Origin: an uncultured Bacteroidales bacterium
Lineage (GTDB): Bacteria; Bacteroidota; Bacteroidia; Bacteroidales; JAGOPY01
DNA length: 64,000 nucleotides
Reading direction: 5' to 3'
Assembly (NCBI GenBank): GCA_964619555.1
Contig: CAZUDV010000018.1
Coordinates: 3,664 to 67,663 of the forward strand
The first letter of the stretch is position 1, and each line of letters starts with the position of its first letter. The notes under the pieces are model-generated. The model made no database searches, was not told where the DNA came from, and worked only from the letters and a program-made list of their open reading frames with translations. Made by a program: the position numbers and the translations under genes. Of the stretch, positions 10,307 to 19,771 are shown in pieces.

Positions 10307-11473
10307 ATGTATCCGCGCTTAAGCGACCTGTTCAACGATCTACTCGGGACCAGTTTCAGTTTCCCGGTGCAGACTTACGGTTTTTTCGTCGCCATGGCCT
10401 TTCTTACCGCCGGTGTGGTAGTCTATTTTGAATACAAGAGGAAAGAGAGGGAGAAAGTCCTCCTTCCACAGGAAAAACTGGTCTGGAAAGGTAAGCCGGC
10501 AGGGACGACGGAGCTGGCGCTCACGGCTATTGCTGGTTTTGCCATCGGATTTAAGCTCATCGGCATAGTTTTCGATTACGATTTCTTTTCCAGTAATCCG
10601 CAGCGTTATGTCCTTTCAGGAGACGGGAGCTGGCTGGGTGGCCTGCTGGTCGCAGCCGGCATGACTGCCTTCACTTATTACGGCAAGCAAAAAAAGAAAC
10701 TCGACAAACCGGTGCAGGTGAAAGAAACGGTCCATCCCTACCAGCTTACCGGCAATATTATCCTGGTTGCCGCTTTTGCCGGTATTGCCGGTGCGAAACT
10801 CTTCGATGTGGTGGAGCACCTGGATGAGTTGTTCCGGGATCCCCTCGGCACCTTGTTTTCATTCAGCGGGTTAGCCTTTTACGGTGGATTGATCACAGCC
10901 GCGTTCGTGGTATCCTGGTATGTTGAAAAAAATCATATCCCCTGGCCGGTAAATGCGGATATCGTGGCGCCCGGACTGATGCTGGCCTACGGGATCGGCC
11001 GGATCGGATGCCAGTTATCGGGCGACGGGTGCTGGGGAATTGTCAACCTTTCCCCAAAACCGGATTGGATGGGATTCCTGCCGGATTGGATGTGGGCATT
11101 CAATTACCCGCACAATGTCATCAACGAAGGGATCATTATGGAAGGCTGCGATGGAAAGCACTGCCATGTGCTGGATCAACCGGTCTTTCCCACCCCATTT
11201 TACGAAACCTGCATGGCATTTCTCTTTTTCATCGTGCTGTGGTCCATCCGAAAAAAGATCAGGCTACATGGCATCCTGTTTTCTGTTTATTTAATCCTGA
11301 ACGGGGCAGAAAGACTGATCATTGAACAGATCCGGGTCAATATCAAATATCATTTCCTGGGAATACAATTCACACAGGCAGAGGCTATTGCAGTCGGATT
11401 GATCATAGCCGGGGTGGCAGGTATATTTTATTTCAGGTGGTGGAACGATCGAAGAAAAATTAAACTGGCATAG
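10307..11473 (+). CDS. lgt: prolipoprotein diacylglyceryl transferase (long form)
   Basis: Polytopic membrane protein with the Lgt-like YGIGRIGCQLSGDGCWG segment and a conserved C-terminal helix pattern. Confidence 0.8.
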   Translation: MYPRLSDLFNDLLGTSFSFPVQTYGFFVAMAFLTAGVVVYFEYKRKEREKVLLPQEKLVWKGKPAGTTELALTAIAGFAIGFKLIGIVFDYDFFSSNPQRYVLSGDGSWLGGLLVAAGMTAFTYYGKQKKKLDKPVQVKETVHPYQLTGNIILVAAFAGIAGAKLFDVVEHLDELFRDPLGTLFSFSGLAFYGGLITAAFVVSWYVEKNHIPWPVNADIVAPGLMLAYGIGRIGCQLSGDGCWGIVNLSPKPDWMGFLPDWMWAFNYPHNVINEGIIMEGCDGKHCHVLDQPVFPTPFYETCMAFLFFIVLWSIRKKIRLHGILFSVYLILNGAERLIIEQIRVNIKYHFLGIQFTQAEAIAVGLIIAGVAGIFYFRWWNDRRKIKLA

Positions 11474-11474
11474 C

Positions 11475-12284
11475 ATGAATCTGGAAGACATAACCCTTAA
11501 GGTTAATGAGATCTGCACCCGTAACGCAGGCTACATACGCGAGCAGTCTGCCTTGCTCCGGTCGGCGGATATCGAGTTGAAGGATGAGCATAATTTCGTC
11601 ACTTATGTTGACCGGAAATCGGAAGAGATGCTGGTTGACAACCTTTCGAAATTATTGCCGGAAGCAGGATTCCTGGCGGAAGAAGCACAATACGGACCGG
11701 ATGGAATGGAATTGAGATGGGTCATCGATCCCCTGGACGGGACCACCAATTTCATCCATGGGGTACCTATCTATTGTATCAGCATTGCCCTGATGGATAA
11801 AAATGAACCGTTGTTAGGTGTAGTGTATGAAATAATCCGAAACGAATGTTTTTATACCTGGAAGGGTGGCGCAGCCAAGCTGAATGGCAAGGTAATCCAG
11901 GTATCGCAAGCCAGGTCGCTGAAAAATTCCTTATTGGTAACCGGTTTCCCGTACATGCGGGATCATATCCTGGATGAATACACCGAACTTTTTAAGGGAT
12001 TCATCAAAAGGACCCAGGATTTAAGAAGGCTCGGCTCGGCTGCAGCAGACCTGGCCTTTGTCGCTGCGGGCCGGTTTGAGGGTTTTTACGAATATGGCCT
12101 GAGCCCATGGGATGTGGCTGCCGGGGCATTCCTGGTAAGGCAGGCCGGAGGCAAGGTGACCGACTTCACCGGCGGCAGGGAATTCCTTTTCGGTGGGACA
12201 CTTGTTTCGAGCAATTATCTGATCCATGAAGAAATGCTGGAAGTCATCCGCCGGTACTTCCTCACCAAAACCAATCACATATGA
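11475..12284 (+). CDS. inositol monophosphatase family protein (SuhB-like)
   Basis: WVIDPLDGTTNFIHG and GSAAADLAFVAAGRFEGFYE motifs. Confidence 0.9.
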   Translation: MNLEDITLKVNEICTRNAGYIREQSALLRSADIELKDEHNFVTYVDRKSEEMLVDNLSKLLPEAGFLAEEAQYGPDGMELRWVIDPLDGTTNFIHGVPIYCISIALMDKNEPLLGVVYEIIRNECFYTWKGGAAKLNGKVIQVSQARSLKNSLLVTGFPYMRDHILDEYTELFKGFIKRTQDLRRLGSAAADLAFVAAGRFEGFYEYGLSPWDVAAGAFLVRQAGGKVTDFTGGREFLFGGTLVSSNYLIHEEMLEVIRRYFLTKTNHI

Positions 12285-13696
12285 AAAAACTGAGTTGGTG
12301 TATCCATATTAATCGATGGGTTAACCCGTCGATTAAAGGCGTGTCCATATTTCTGATGGCCATGCTGACTTCCCTTTTATCCGTCCAGTCGGTGTTTTCA
12401 GGCAATGCCGATACCGCCGGTAAGGTCATGGTTTATAAATTCGACATTAAAAAAGAAATAGCTCCGCCGGTATGGCGCAGCACCAAGCTGGCCGTGGAAG
12501 AGGCGGTCGCAGTGAATGCCGACCTTATCCTGATCGAAATGAGCACCTATGGCGGTATGCTTGAATCGGCCGATTCCATCCGCACCAAACTTCTCGAATG
12601 TGATATCCCGGTATACGTCTTCATTAATCACAATGCCGCGTCAGCCGGAGCCCTGATCGCCATTGCCTGCGACAGTATTTACATGTCGGCCGGTTCCACC
12701 ATTGGAGCGGCCACGGTAGTTGACCAGGCAGGACAGGTAGTACCGGATAAATACCAGTCGTATATGCGGGCGATGATGCGCAGCACAGCGGAAGCAACGG
12801 GCAGAGACCCAAATATCGCCCAGGCGATGGTAGATCCGAGAATCCGGATTGAGGGGGTGATCGATTCGGGACAGGTGCTGACATTCACCGCGACCGAAGC
12901 CCTTAAATTCGACTTTTGCGATGGCATTGCCGAAGATGTGCGGGGTGTTATGAGAACTGCAGGCATAGATGAATACGAGATCATCGAGCAGGATCTGACA
13001 GCCCTGGATAAAATCATCGGCTTCCTGATCAATCCCATTGTCAGTGGCATCCTGATCATGATCATCGTCGGCGGGATCTATTTTGAACTTCAGACGCCAG
13101 GGGTCGGATTTCCGCTGATTGCAGCCATTACCGCTGCATTGCTTTATTTTGCACCGCTTTACCTGGAAGGTCTTGCTGAACACTGGGAAATACTCATCTT
13201 CGTGATCGGTGTCGTGTTGCTGATCGTTGAAATCTTCGCTATTCCGGGATTTGGAGTCACCGGTATAACGGGCGTGGGGCTGATCGTAGCCAGCCTGACC
13301 CTGGCCCTGGTGAACAACATCGGGTTCAATTTCAGACCGGTTGACCTGGGCCAGTTTGTCACTTCCTTTTTCCTGGTGATCATATCCATCTTTGTGGCCA
13401 TTGTGCTCTCCTATTACCTGACCCGCTCCCTCTTCGGACAGAACCGTATTTTCGGTTCACTCGCACTGGAAACCGTGGAGAGCAAAGCCGATGGATATTC
13501 GGCATCAGACAAGGATTACGAGGCAATGATCGGAGAAACGGGCGTAGCGTACAGCATCCTTCGGCCGGGAGGAAAAATCATGATAAAAAACATGGTTTAT
13601 GATGCCATCGCTGAATCAGGATATATCGAAAAGGGTGAATCTGTCAGGGTGGTCAGTTACCAGTCGGCACAACTGATCGTAAGAAAGTTGGAATGA
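12281..13696 (+). CDS. NfeD-family membrane-bound ClpP-class serine protease
   Basis: ClpP-like N-terminal domain (INHNAASAGALIAIACDSIYM), a central multi-TM block and a C-terminal NfeD OB-like domain. 4-nt overlap with the upstream gene. Confidence 0.8.
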   Translation: MKKLSWCIHINRWVNPSIKGVSIFLMAMLTSLLSVQSVFSGNADTAGKVMVYKFDIKKEIAPPVWRSTKLAVEEAVAVNADLILIEMSTYGGMLESADSIRTKLLECDIPVYVFINHNAASAGALIAIACDSIYMSAGSTIGAATVVDQAGQVVPDKYQSYMRAMMRSTAEATGRDPNIAQAMVDPRIRIEGVIDSGQVLTFTATEALKFDFCDGIAEDVRGVMRTAGIDEYEIIEQDLTALDKIIGFLINPIVSGILIMIIVGGIYFELQTPGVGFPLIAAITAALLYFAPLYLEGLAEHWEILIFVIGVVLLIVEIFAIPGFGVTGITGVGLIVASLTLALVNNIGFNFRPVDLGQFVTSFFLVIISIFVAIVLSYYLTRSLFGQNRIFGSLALETVESKADGYSASDKDYEAMIGETGVAYSILRPGGKIMIKNMVYDAIAESGYIEKGESVRVVSYQSAQLIVRKLE

Positions 13697-13719
13697 CCTT
13701 CTGATACCTGTCGTCACTT

Positions 13720-14472
13720 TCAATATACGGTCAACCAATCAACCACCCTGTCTTCTGCCAGTTTCGGCAACACTTCTCTTTCAGGTGGTTCAAAACAAAA
13801 GTGCAATCCTTCCTCCGATTCCAGTAAAATCAAACGTTGATAATGCGATGACTTCTTTGCAAATTCCAGCATATTGCCTTCGGCTGACTTCCATAGACAG
13901 ATTGAAGCGGAAACCGGATCATCACCCGCTATGAAACCATGTTCAGCCGTGAGCCGTTCCGCAAGTTTTCCTGCATACAGCGTATCTTCCAGTGAAAACT
14001 GGCCTTTCCATCCTGAGCAAACGATCATGGTATCTTTGTTTTCGGTGATGAGGTATTTCAGAAGGGCGGAAAAGTTGACGAATGATCCGATGATCACATC
14101 CCCGTATTCCGCGGATTGGCAGATTGCGCGCGTGCCGTTGGTCGTGGAAAAAATGATGGTCTTTCCGGTAACAGCCTCCTTTGTAAATTCGAGCGGAGAA
14201 TTTCCCAGATCTGCATAAGGCAGTTTGATGCCATCACTCTCCCCTGCCAACAAAACACGGGCCTTTGGCAATTGACAACCGGCAACCGTCCGTTCAAGCT
14301 TCTCCTTACCACCGGTCACCGGGATGATCGCTACGGCCCCGTTCGCCAGCGCCGTACATATGCTCGTGGTGGCCCGGAGGATATCCACGACCACCACGAT
14401 CTCATTTTCCTTTCCGGGAATATTTTGAAGCAGGTCCGGGGTTAGGCAAACCCTGACAGACGGACGGTCCAT
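13720..14472 (-). CDS. 2-phosphosulfolactate phosphatase family protein (ComB-like)
   Basis: VVVDILRATTSICTALANGA and FSTTNGTRA motifs typical of the ComB family. Confidence 0.8.
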   Translation of the reverse strand: MDRPSVRVCLTPDLLQNIPGKENEIVVVVDILRATTSICTALANGAVAIIPVTGGKEKLERTVAGCQLPKARVLLAGESDGIKLPYADLGNSPLEFTKEAVTGKTIIFSTTNGTRAICQSAEYGDVIIGSFVNFSALLKYLITENKDTMIVCSGWKGQFSLEDTLYAGKLAERLTAEHGFIAGDDPVSASICLWKSAEGNMLEFAKKSSHYQRLILLESEEGLHFCFEPPEREVLPKLAEDRVVDWLTVY

Positions 14473-14479
14473 AAAAGGA

Positions 14480-15571
14480 TCAGGTGTTTTTAAAGAAAGG
14501 GATCTTGACGATCTTCGCCTTCAGGAGCTTATCGCGCACCCGGATAAAGATTTCGCTGTCGATGGCTGCATAGGCTGTTTCAACATATCCCATACCGATT
14601 GCGATCTTTAAAGAAGGCGACATGGTTCCGGACGTTACTTCTCCTACCACTTTTCCGTTTACGTCGCAGATCTCGTAGTGCTGCCGCGGGATGCCTTTAT
14701 CTACCATTTCAAATCCCCGTAGCATCTTACCAACCCCCTCGGCCTTCTGTTTTTCGATGTGGGGCCGGTTGATAAAATCGTTACCCGGAACGAACTTGGT
14801 GATCCAACCCAGGCCGGCCTCGATCGGGGAAGTAGTGTCATTGATGTCGTTGCCATAGAGGCAGAATCCCATTTCCAGCCGCAAAGTGTCCCTGGCAGCC
14901 AGGCCGATGGGTTTGATTCCGTATTCAGCGCCTGCTTCCATCACAGCCTGCATTATTTCAGGCCCTTTTTCATTAGGGAAATAGATCTCGAACCCGCCTG
15001 CCCCGGTGTATCCTGTGCAGGAAAGAATGACGTCCTTTACCCCTGCGACGGTGGTCTTTTTGAAAGTATAATATGGAATAGTGCCGAGATCGGTGTCAGT
15101 AAGCTTCTGAATGGTTTTCTGAGCCAGCGGCCCCTGGATGGCCAGTTGTGAAGTTTCGCCTGAAGCATTGTAAATATCAGCCCCATGAATATTATGGCTG
15201 GTCACCCAGGCCCAGTCCTTGTCGATGTTGGCAGCATTGACTACTAATAGATAGGTTTCTGCATTTACCCGGTAGACAAGCAGATCATCCACAATCCCGC
15301 CCAGTTCGTTGGGAAAGCAGGTATACTGGACCTTGCCGTTTTCCAGTCTGGCCACATCATTGGAAGTCAGGCGCTGCACAAGTTCAAAGGCTTTCGGCCC
15401 CCGGATCCAGAATTCGCCCATGTGGGAAACGTCAAAGACTCCGACGCCCTTGCGCACCGTTTCGTGTTCGGCATTGACACCCTCAAATTGCACCGGCATG
15501 ATATACCCGGCAAACTCAACCATCTTCCCTCCATTCGCTACGTGGAAGTCGTAAAAAGCAGTTTTTTTCAT
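14480..15571 (-). CDS. gcvT: glycine cleavage system aminomethyltransferase (T protein)
   Basis: [29 protein letters not shown]...[12 protein letters not shown], full-length GcvT pattern. ATG at 15571 preferred over the TTG at 15583. Confidence 0.95.
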   Translation of the reverse strand: MKKTAFYDFHVANGGKMVEFAGYIMPVQFEGVNAEHETVRKGVGVFDVSHMGEFWIRGPKAFELVQRLTSNDVARLENGKVQYTCFPNELGGIVDDLLVYRVNAETYLLVVNAANIDKDWAWVTSHNIHGADIYNASGETSQLAIQGPLAQKTIQKLTDTDLGTIPYYTFKKTTVAGVKDVILSCTGYTGAGGFEIYFPNEKGPEIMQAVMEAGAEYGIKPIGLAARDTLRLEMGFCLYGNDINDTTSPIEAGLGWITKFVPGNDFINRPHIEKQKAEGVGKMLRGFEMVDKGIPRQHYEICDVNGKVVGEVTSGTMSPSLKIAIGMGYVETAYAAIDSEIFIRVRDKLLKAKIVKIPFFKNT

Positions 15572-15684
15572 TTTAATTGACAATCTTAATTATTTTGGAT
15601 AAATGAAGTTGAAAATTTAACCTTGATCATTAATTTTTCCCCGTTCACCATTGTCCCCCTAACAACCCACCAACCATTAAAAAT

Positions 15685-15747
15685 TAAACACTAAACATTA
15701 AACACTAAACATTAAACATTAAACACTAAACACTAAACATTAAACAC
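15685..15747. repeat. perfect tandem array, 9 x 7 bp, TAAACA[C/T]
   Basis: Units counted directly. The seventh base runs C,T,C,T,T,C,C,T,C. The last base overlaps the nusB stop codon (TAG on minus, 15749-15747). Confidence 0.95.
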
Positions 15748-16715
15748 TATTCCATCAACCCTCTTCCCATCTTATGGATCTTGCCATCGGCCTTAAGTTT
15801 GACCACGAGCTTATCGAGAATGCCATTGATAAACAATTTGCTTTTAGCAGAGCTGTATGATTTCGATATCTCGATATACTCGTTGATGGTAACCTTTATC
15901 GGAATGGACGGGAAGATCATCAGTTCCGTCAATGCCATTTTCATAATGATGATATCCATCAGGGCAATGCGGTCCAGTTCCCAGTTAGCGGCCTGTTCCT
16001 CGATCATTTTTTCGTTTTCCTGGCTTCGCAGGATACTGTACCGGAAAAGTTTCAGCATGAACTGCCTGTCCTCGTCGGGTTCATCCTCGTCGCCTTCCGA
16101 TTTGTACAGCCCCGGCAAAGGATAGTCGTTTCCCCAGTGTTCCCGGAAGAGTTTGATGGTCTTGATCAGCATAATGATCGATGTATCGAAATCCTCATCT
16201 GACCAGAAGATGCTCTTGTCTTCATAAAAACCACGCAGGTTCTCGAATTCCGGGAGGAGTTCCATCACGAGATAAGCGATGATTTCCTTATCGTCCTGGT
16301 AAGAGGCAGAAGGCTTTTTCATGTAGTCCACGTATTCCCCGCTTTGCCTGATCTCATTGTAAAACTTAAGGAAAAGATTGCTCTCGTCGGCCCAGTTGAT
16401 CTTTAATTTTTCCTTCCACCGGATGTAATCCTTGTTTTCGCTGATCTGCCTGATAAAGGCATTACTTACGAAACGCATGTTCGGATTTTTTTCCTCTTCA
16501 GTCGGGTAGAATTTTTTCCGGGCCTCTTCAATCCGGTTAAAGGCAAAATCTATGAGTTTTACCAGGAAAGAAAGCTGGTATATATAGAGTTCATAGAGTT
16601 TTTCAGTGCTCTTGATCAGTTGCTTCTCCCCGTCGGCGATGTCATGTCCATCCGACTGGAAAAATGCGTACAAAGCCTGTAAGACTTTGATCCTGAGATG
16701 CCTCCTGCTCAACAT
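15747..16715 (-). CDS. nusB: transcription antitermination factor NusB (long Bacteroidota form)
   Basis: MLSRRHLRIKVLQALYAF opening and a C-terminal NusB core (ELDRIALMDIIIMKMALTEL...VTINEYIEISKSYSSAKSKLFINGILDK). Confidence 0.85.
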   Translation of the reverse strand: MLSRRHLRIKVLQALYAFFQSDGHDIADGEKQLIKSTEKLYELYIYQLSFLVKLIDFAFNRIEEARKKFYPTEEEKNPNMRFVSNAFIRQISENKDYIRWKEKLKINWADESNLFLKFYNEIRQSGEYVDYMKKPSASYQDDKEIIAYLVMELLPEFENLRGFYEDKSIFWSDEDFDTSIIMLIKTIKLFREHWGNDYPLPGLYKSEGDEDEPDEDRQFMLKLFRYSILRSQENEKMIEEQAANWELDRIALMDIIIMKMALTELMIFPSIPIKVTINEYIEISKSYSSAKSKLFINGILDKLVVKLKADGKIHKMGRGLME

Positions 16716-16746
16716 GTTTCTGAACGCAGATTTTAGTGTTTCGAAG

Positions 16747-16754
16747 CAAAGATA
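16747..16754 (-). promoter_or_regulatory. candidate -7 box (TATCTTTG on minus strand) for nusB
   Basis: Plus-strand caaagata is the reverse complement of TAnnTTTG, 32 nt upstream of the ATG at 16715. Confidence 0.4.
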
Positions 16755-16770
16755 GGAATTTAAGTGATAC

Positions 16771-16836
16771 AGTGGTTATACGGTGGTTATACAACCTTAT
16801 GACAACTGTATGACAACTGCATTACAACCGTATTAC
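16771..16836. repeat. six head-to-tail 11-bp units (2 x RGTGGTTATAC, 4 x AACYKYATKAC)
   Basis: agtggttatac|ggtggttatac|aaccttatgac|aactgtatgac|aactgcattac|aaccgtattac, preceded by a partial unit aagtgatac. It lies between two divergent -7 boxes. Confidence 0.85.
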
Positions 16837-16846
16837 TTTTTTTATA

Positions 16847-16854
16847 TAAATTTG
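16847..16854 (+). promoter_or_regulatory. candidate -7 box (TAAATTTG) for the DUF3276 gene
   Basis: Exact TAnnTTTG match 37 nt upstream of the ATG at 16891. Confidence 0.4.
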
Positions 16855-16890
16855 TGCCCTTGTCGAAGGTTTCATTAATCGGTAAAGAAG

Positions 16891-17253
16891 ATGGAAGAGT
16901 TTGAAAACAAGGAGAACAGAAAAGAAGAAGTATTTTCAAGGGTAATCCGTGCAGGAAAAAGAACATACTTCTTTGATGTGAAAGCGACCCGTGCAGGTGA
17001 GAATTACCTGACGATCACGGAAAGTAAACGGCGATTTGACAACGAACATGGCAAGTTTTTCTATGAAAAGCACAAAATTTTCCTCTACCGGGAAGATTTT
17101 GAAAAATTCATGACCGGCCTGAACCAGGTGATGCATTTCGTTGAAACCGGCGAAAAACCGGAAGGAATTGCGGAAGAAGGAATCCATGAAGATGAGGTCC
17201 GCAGTGACCTGGATTTCGAAGATCTGGGCCCCTCGGGCGACCTGGATCGCTAA
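16891..17253 (+). CDS. DUF3276 / PUR-alpha-like nucleic-acid-binding protein
   Basis: VFSRVIRAGKRTYFFDVKATRAGENYLTITESKRRF...FFYEKHKIFLYREDFEKF, a single PUR-repeat pattern with an acidic tail. Confidence 0.75.
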   Translation: MEEFENKENRKEEVFSRVIRAGKRTYFFDVKATRAGENYLTITESKRRFDNEHGKFFYEKHKIFLYREDFEKFMTGLNQVMHFVETGEKPEGIAEEGIHEDEVRSDLDFEDLGPSGDLDR

Positions 17254-17366
17254 CCCGGCTATTTCTTTTTTAATCGATTCATCTCATGCTCTGCCTTTTA
17301 GTCTAAGGCGGTTGATCAGTTAATAAATTATCATAATTCTCACCGGAAAACTGCTGATATAAATAG

Positions 17367-17374
17367 TATTTTTG
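17367..17374 (+). promoter_or_regulatory. candidate -7 box (TATTTTTG) for parA
   Basis: Exact TAnnTTTG match 28 nt upstream of the ATG at 17402. Confidence 0.4.
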
Positions 17375-17401
17375 CCCGGTGATCATACTAAAAAATCCAA
17401 C

Positions 17402-18217
17402 ATGGGCAAGGTAATCGCATTGGCAAATCAAAAAGGAGGAGTTGGGAAAACTACTACGGCGATCAACCTTGGGGCCAGTTTTGCTATACTGGAACATAAA
17501 ACCCTGCTGCTGGACGCCGATCCCCAGGCCAATGCCACATCGGGTGTGGGTTTTGACCCAAAGAATGTCAAAACCAGCATCTACGAATGTATCATTGATG
17601 ACCTGGATCCGAATAATATCATCCTGAACACCTCGACTCCTAACCTTGACCTGCTTCCCGCCCATATTGACCTGGTCGGGGCGGAGATAGAAATGATCAA
17701 CCTGCCCAACAGGGAACGTATGATGCGGAAAGTGATCCAGCGGATCAAGGACCAGTATGATTTTATCCTGATCGACTGCTCCCCTTCCCTTGGGCTCGTA
17801 ACCGTCAATGCCCTCACCGCAGCCGATTCGGTCATCATACCGGTCCAATGTGAATACTTTGCCCTGGAAGGCCTGGGCAAATTGCTCAATACCATCAAGA
17901 TCGTCCAAACCCGGCTCAACCCCGAACTGGATATTGAGGGCATTCTCCTGACCATGTTCGATATACGGCTCCGGCTCTCGAAACAAGTAGTGGAAGAGGT
18001 CAAGACCCATTTTCAGCAGATGGTATTCGACACGATCATCCATCGAAATACCAGGCTGAGCGAAGCACCCAGTTTCGGGGAAACAGTGATCATGCATGAC
18101 GCAACCAGCGTAGGGGCCATCAATTACCTTAACCTGGCCAGGGAAATCCTGCAGAAAAACGGTATGACAAACCTGAGCGAAGCCGATAAAACAATCGAAA
18201 GCATCAATGACATCTAA
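17402..18217 (+). CDS. parA: chromosome partitioning ATPase ParA/Soj
   Basis: MGKVIALANQKGGVGKTTTAINL deviant Walker A and LLLDADPQANAT. Start trimmed from the track ORF (17372). Confidence 0.95.
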   Translation: MGKVIALANQKGGVGKTTTAINLGASFAILEHKTLLLDADPQANATSGVGFDPKNVKTSIYECIIDDLDPNNIILNTSTPNLDLLPAHIDLVGAEIEMINLPNRERMMRKVIQRIKDQYDFILIDCSPSLGLVTVNALTAADSVIIPVQCEYFALEGLGKLLNTIKIVQTRLNPELDIEGILLTMFDIRLRLSKQVVEEVKTHFQQMVFDTIIHRNTRLSEAPSFGETVIMHDATSVGAINYLNLAREILQKNGMTNLSEADKTIESINDI

Positions 18218-19094
18218 GAAAAAAGCGCTGGGCCGGGGCCTGGATGCCATCCTCCAAAGCCCGGACACCGACATTACATCCAAGGATATTTCCGGGAATT
18301 ATGTTGCCGGAGCCATCGCTAATATTGCATTGGCCAGGATTGATGCCAATCCTTTCCAGCCCAGGACCGATTTCGAAGAGGAAAGTCTCCAGGAGCTGGC
18401 CCGCTCCATTAAAGAACAGGGTATCATCCAGCCACTAACGGTCAGGAAACTGGGTTATGACCATTATCAGCTCATCTCCGGCGAACGCAGGATGAAAGCT
18501 GCCGCTATGGCGGGGCTGAAAGAAGTTCCGTGCTATATCCGGGTGGCAAATGATGAGCAAATGCTGGAACTGGCGCTGATTGAAAACATTCACCGGAAAG
18601 ACCTCAATGCACTTGAAATCGCCATCAGCTACCAGCGTTTGATCGATGAACTCAATCTGAAACAGGAAGAGGTCAGCCAAAAGGTCGGCAAGGACAGGGC
18701 TACCGTGGCGAATTATATCCGGCTGCTAAAACTGCCGCCGGAGGTACAGTATGCCCTTCGGTTCGACCAGATATCCATGGGACATGCCCGTGCCCTGATC
18801 TCCATCTCCGATACGGAAAAACAACTCAAAGCCCTGCTAAAAATTGTCGAAAAAGGTCTATCTGTAAGGGAAGCGGAGAAACTGGCCCGGGAAATCCTGG
18901 AGCCCCCTGTGCATAAATCCAGGGAAGAATTCAACCTGCCGGAAAATCTCGAGCCCCCCTTTGCCAGCCTGAAAGATAAGCTCGGTGCGGATATTTCAAT
19001 CAAACGCAATACTATAGGCAAAGGGACTATCGTTATTAAGTTTGCCTCCGACAAAGAGTTGGATCGGTTACTCAATATTCTGAATAAAGATTAG
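18207..19094 (+). CDS. parB: chromosome partitioning protein ParB/Spo0J
   Basis: GLDAIL..., NPFQPR, GIIQPLTVRK and LISGERRMKAA ParB-box motifs. 11-nt overlap with parA. Confidence 0.95.
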   Translation: MTSKKKALGRGLDAILQSPDTDITSKDISGNYVAGAIANIALARIDANPFQPRTDFEEESLQELARSIKEQGIIQPLTVRKLGYDHYQLISGERRMKAAAMAGLKEVPCYIRVANDEQMLELALIENIHRKDLNALEIAISYQRLIDELNLKQEEVSQKVGKDRATVANYIRLLKLPPEVQYALRFDQISMGHARALISISDTEKQLKALLKIVEKGLSVREAEKLAREILEPPVHKSREEFNLPENLEPPFASLKDKLGADISIKRNTIGKGTIVIKFASDKELDRLLNILNKD

Positions 19095-19105
19095 TTCTGT
19101 ACCCT

Positions 19106-19768
19106 GTGAGGGATTTTTTACAGCGGTCAAAGGTCCGTGGCCCGCAGACGGCAATGAACCACCTAAGATCAGCGATCGGCAGCAGACGATCGGATGCACC
19201 GGTGATTTCCTTTGCCGCCTGTTTGCTAGCAATGATCCTGATGGGCCCTGCCATTCCGGTCAAGGGTTTTTCGCAGGACAAGAATAATACGAAGTCGGAA
19301 GAACCCAAACCACATTCCATCAGCAAAGCGGCCGTATATTCGGCCGTCCTGCCCGGCCTGGGGCAGGCCTATAACCGAAAATACTGGAAAATACCCATCA
19401 TTTATGCCGGATTCGGAGTTATTGGATATTTCGTCATCTCCAATAACAAAGAATACAGGCAATACAATGAAGCATACATTTACCAGGCAAACGGGGAAAC
19501 GTATCCAATCGATAATCCTTATGTGGGAAGGTACACGCTTACCCAGCTCGAAGATGCGATGGATTACTACAGGCGAAACCGGGATCTTTCCTATATCATT
19601 GGGGGGGTCTGGTATGTGGCCAATATCCTGGAAGCATACGTGGATGCCCATTTCTTCGAATACGACATAAGCGAAGACCTGACCATGAAGATCAGTCCTG
19701 CCGTCTCGCCCTTGCCGATGGCCAGGCAGCAGTCGGCTCCGGGTATTAAAATCTCACTGAAATTCTGA
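19106..19768 (+). CDS. DUF5683-family membrane protein
   Basis: AVYSAVLPGLGQAYNRKYWKIPIIYAGFG motif in the conserved position after parB in Bacteroidota. The start is uncertain (GTG 19106 or ATG 19154). Confidence 0.7.
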   Translation: MRDFLQRSKVRGPQTAMNHLRSAIGSRRSDAPVISFAACLLAMILMGPAIPVKGFSQDKNNTKSEEPKPHSISKAAVYSAVLPGLGQAYNRKYWKIPIIYAGFGVIGYFVISNNKEYRQYNEAYIYQANGETYPIDNPYVGRYTLTQLEDAMDYYRRNRDLSYIIGGVWYVANILEAYVDAHFFEYDISEDLTMKISPAVSPLPMARQQSAPGIKISLKF

Positions 19769-19771
19769 AAT

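Noticed and set aside
15584-15746. Possible glycine riboswitch upstream of gcvT.
   Set aside because: The spacer is mostly the 7-bp array. The remaining ~100 nt lacks the conserved glycine-aptamer features (GGAGAG...CACCG...ACUCUGG-type cores) as far as I can see, and it is too short for a tandem aptamer.
15685-15747. CRISPR array.
   Set aside because: The units are 7 bp with no spacers, and no cas genes are in the window. It is a simple microsatellite-type array.
17303-18283. 326-aa ORF antisense to the whole of parA.
   Set aside because: It exactly shadows a gene with unmistakable ParA motifs. Its product is low-complexity (Gly/Asp/Pro/Val-rich) with no motif. This is a typical codon-bias shadow ORF. 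The same reasoning applies to 428..769, 12641..13183, 24221..25003, 45021..45902, 46783..47208, 53714..54310 and 60689..61372.
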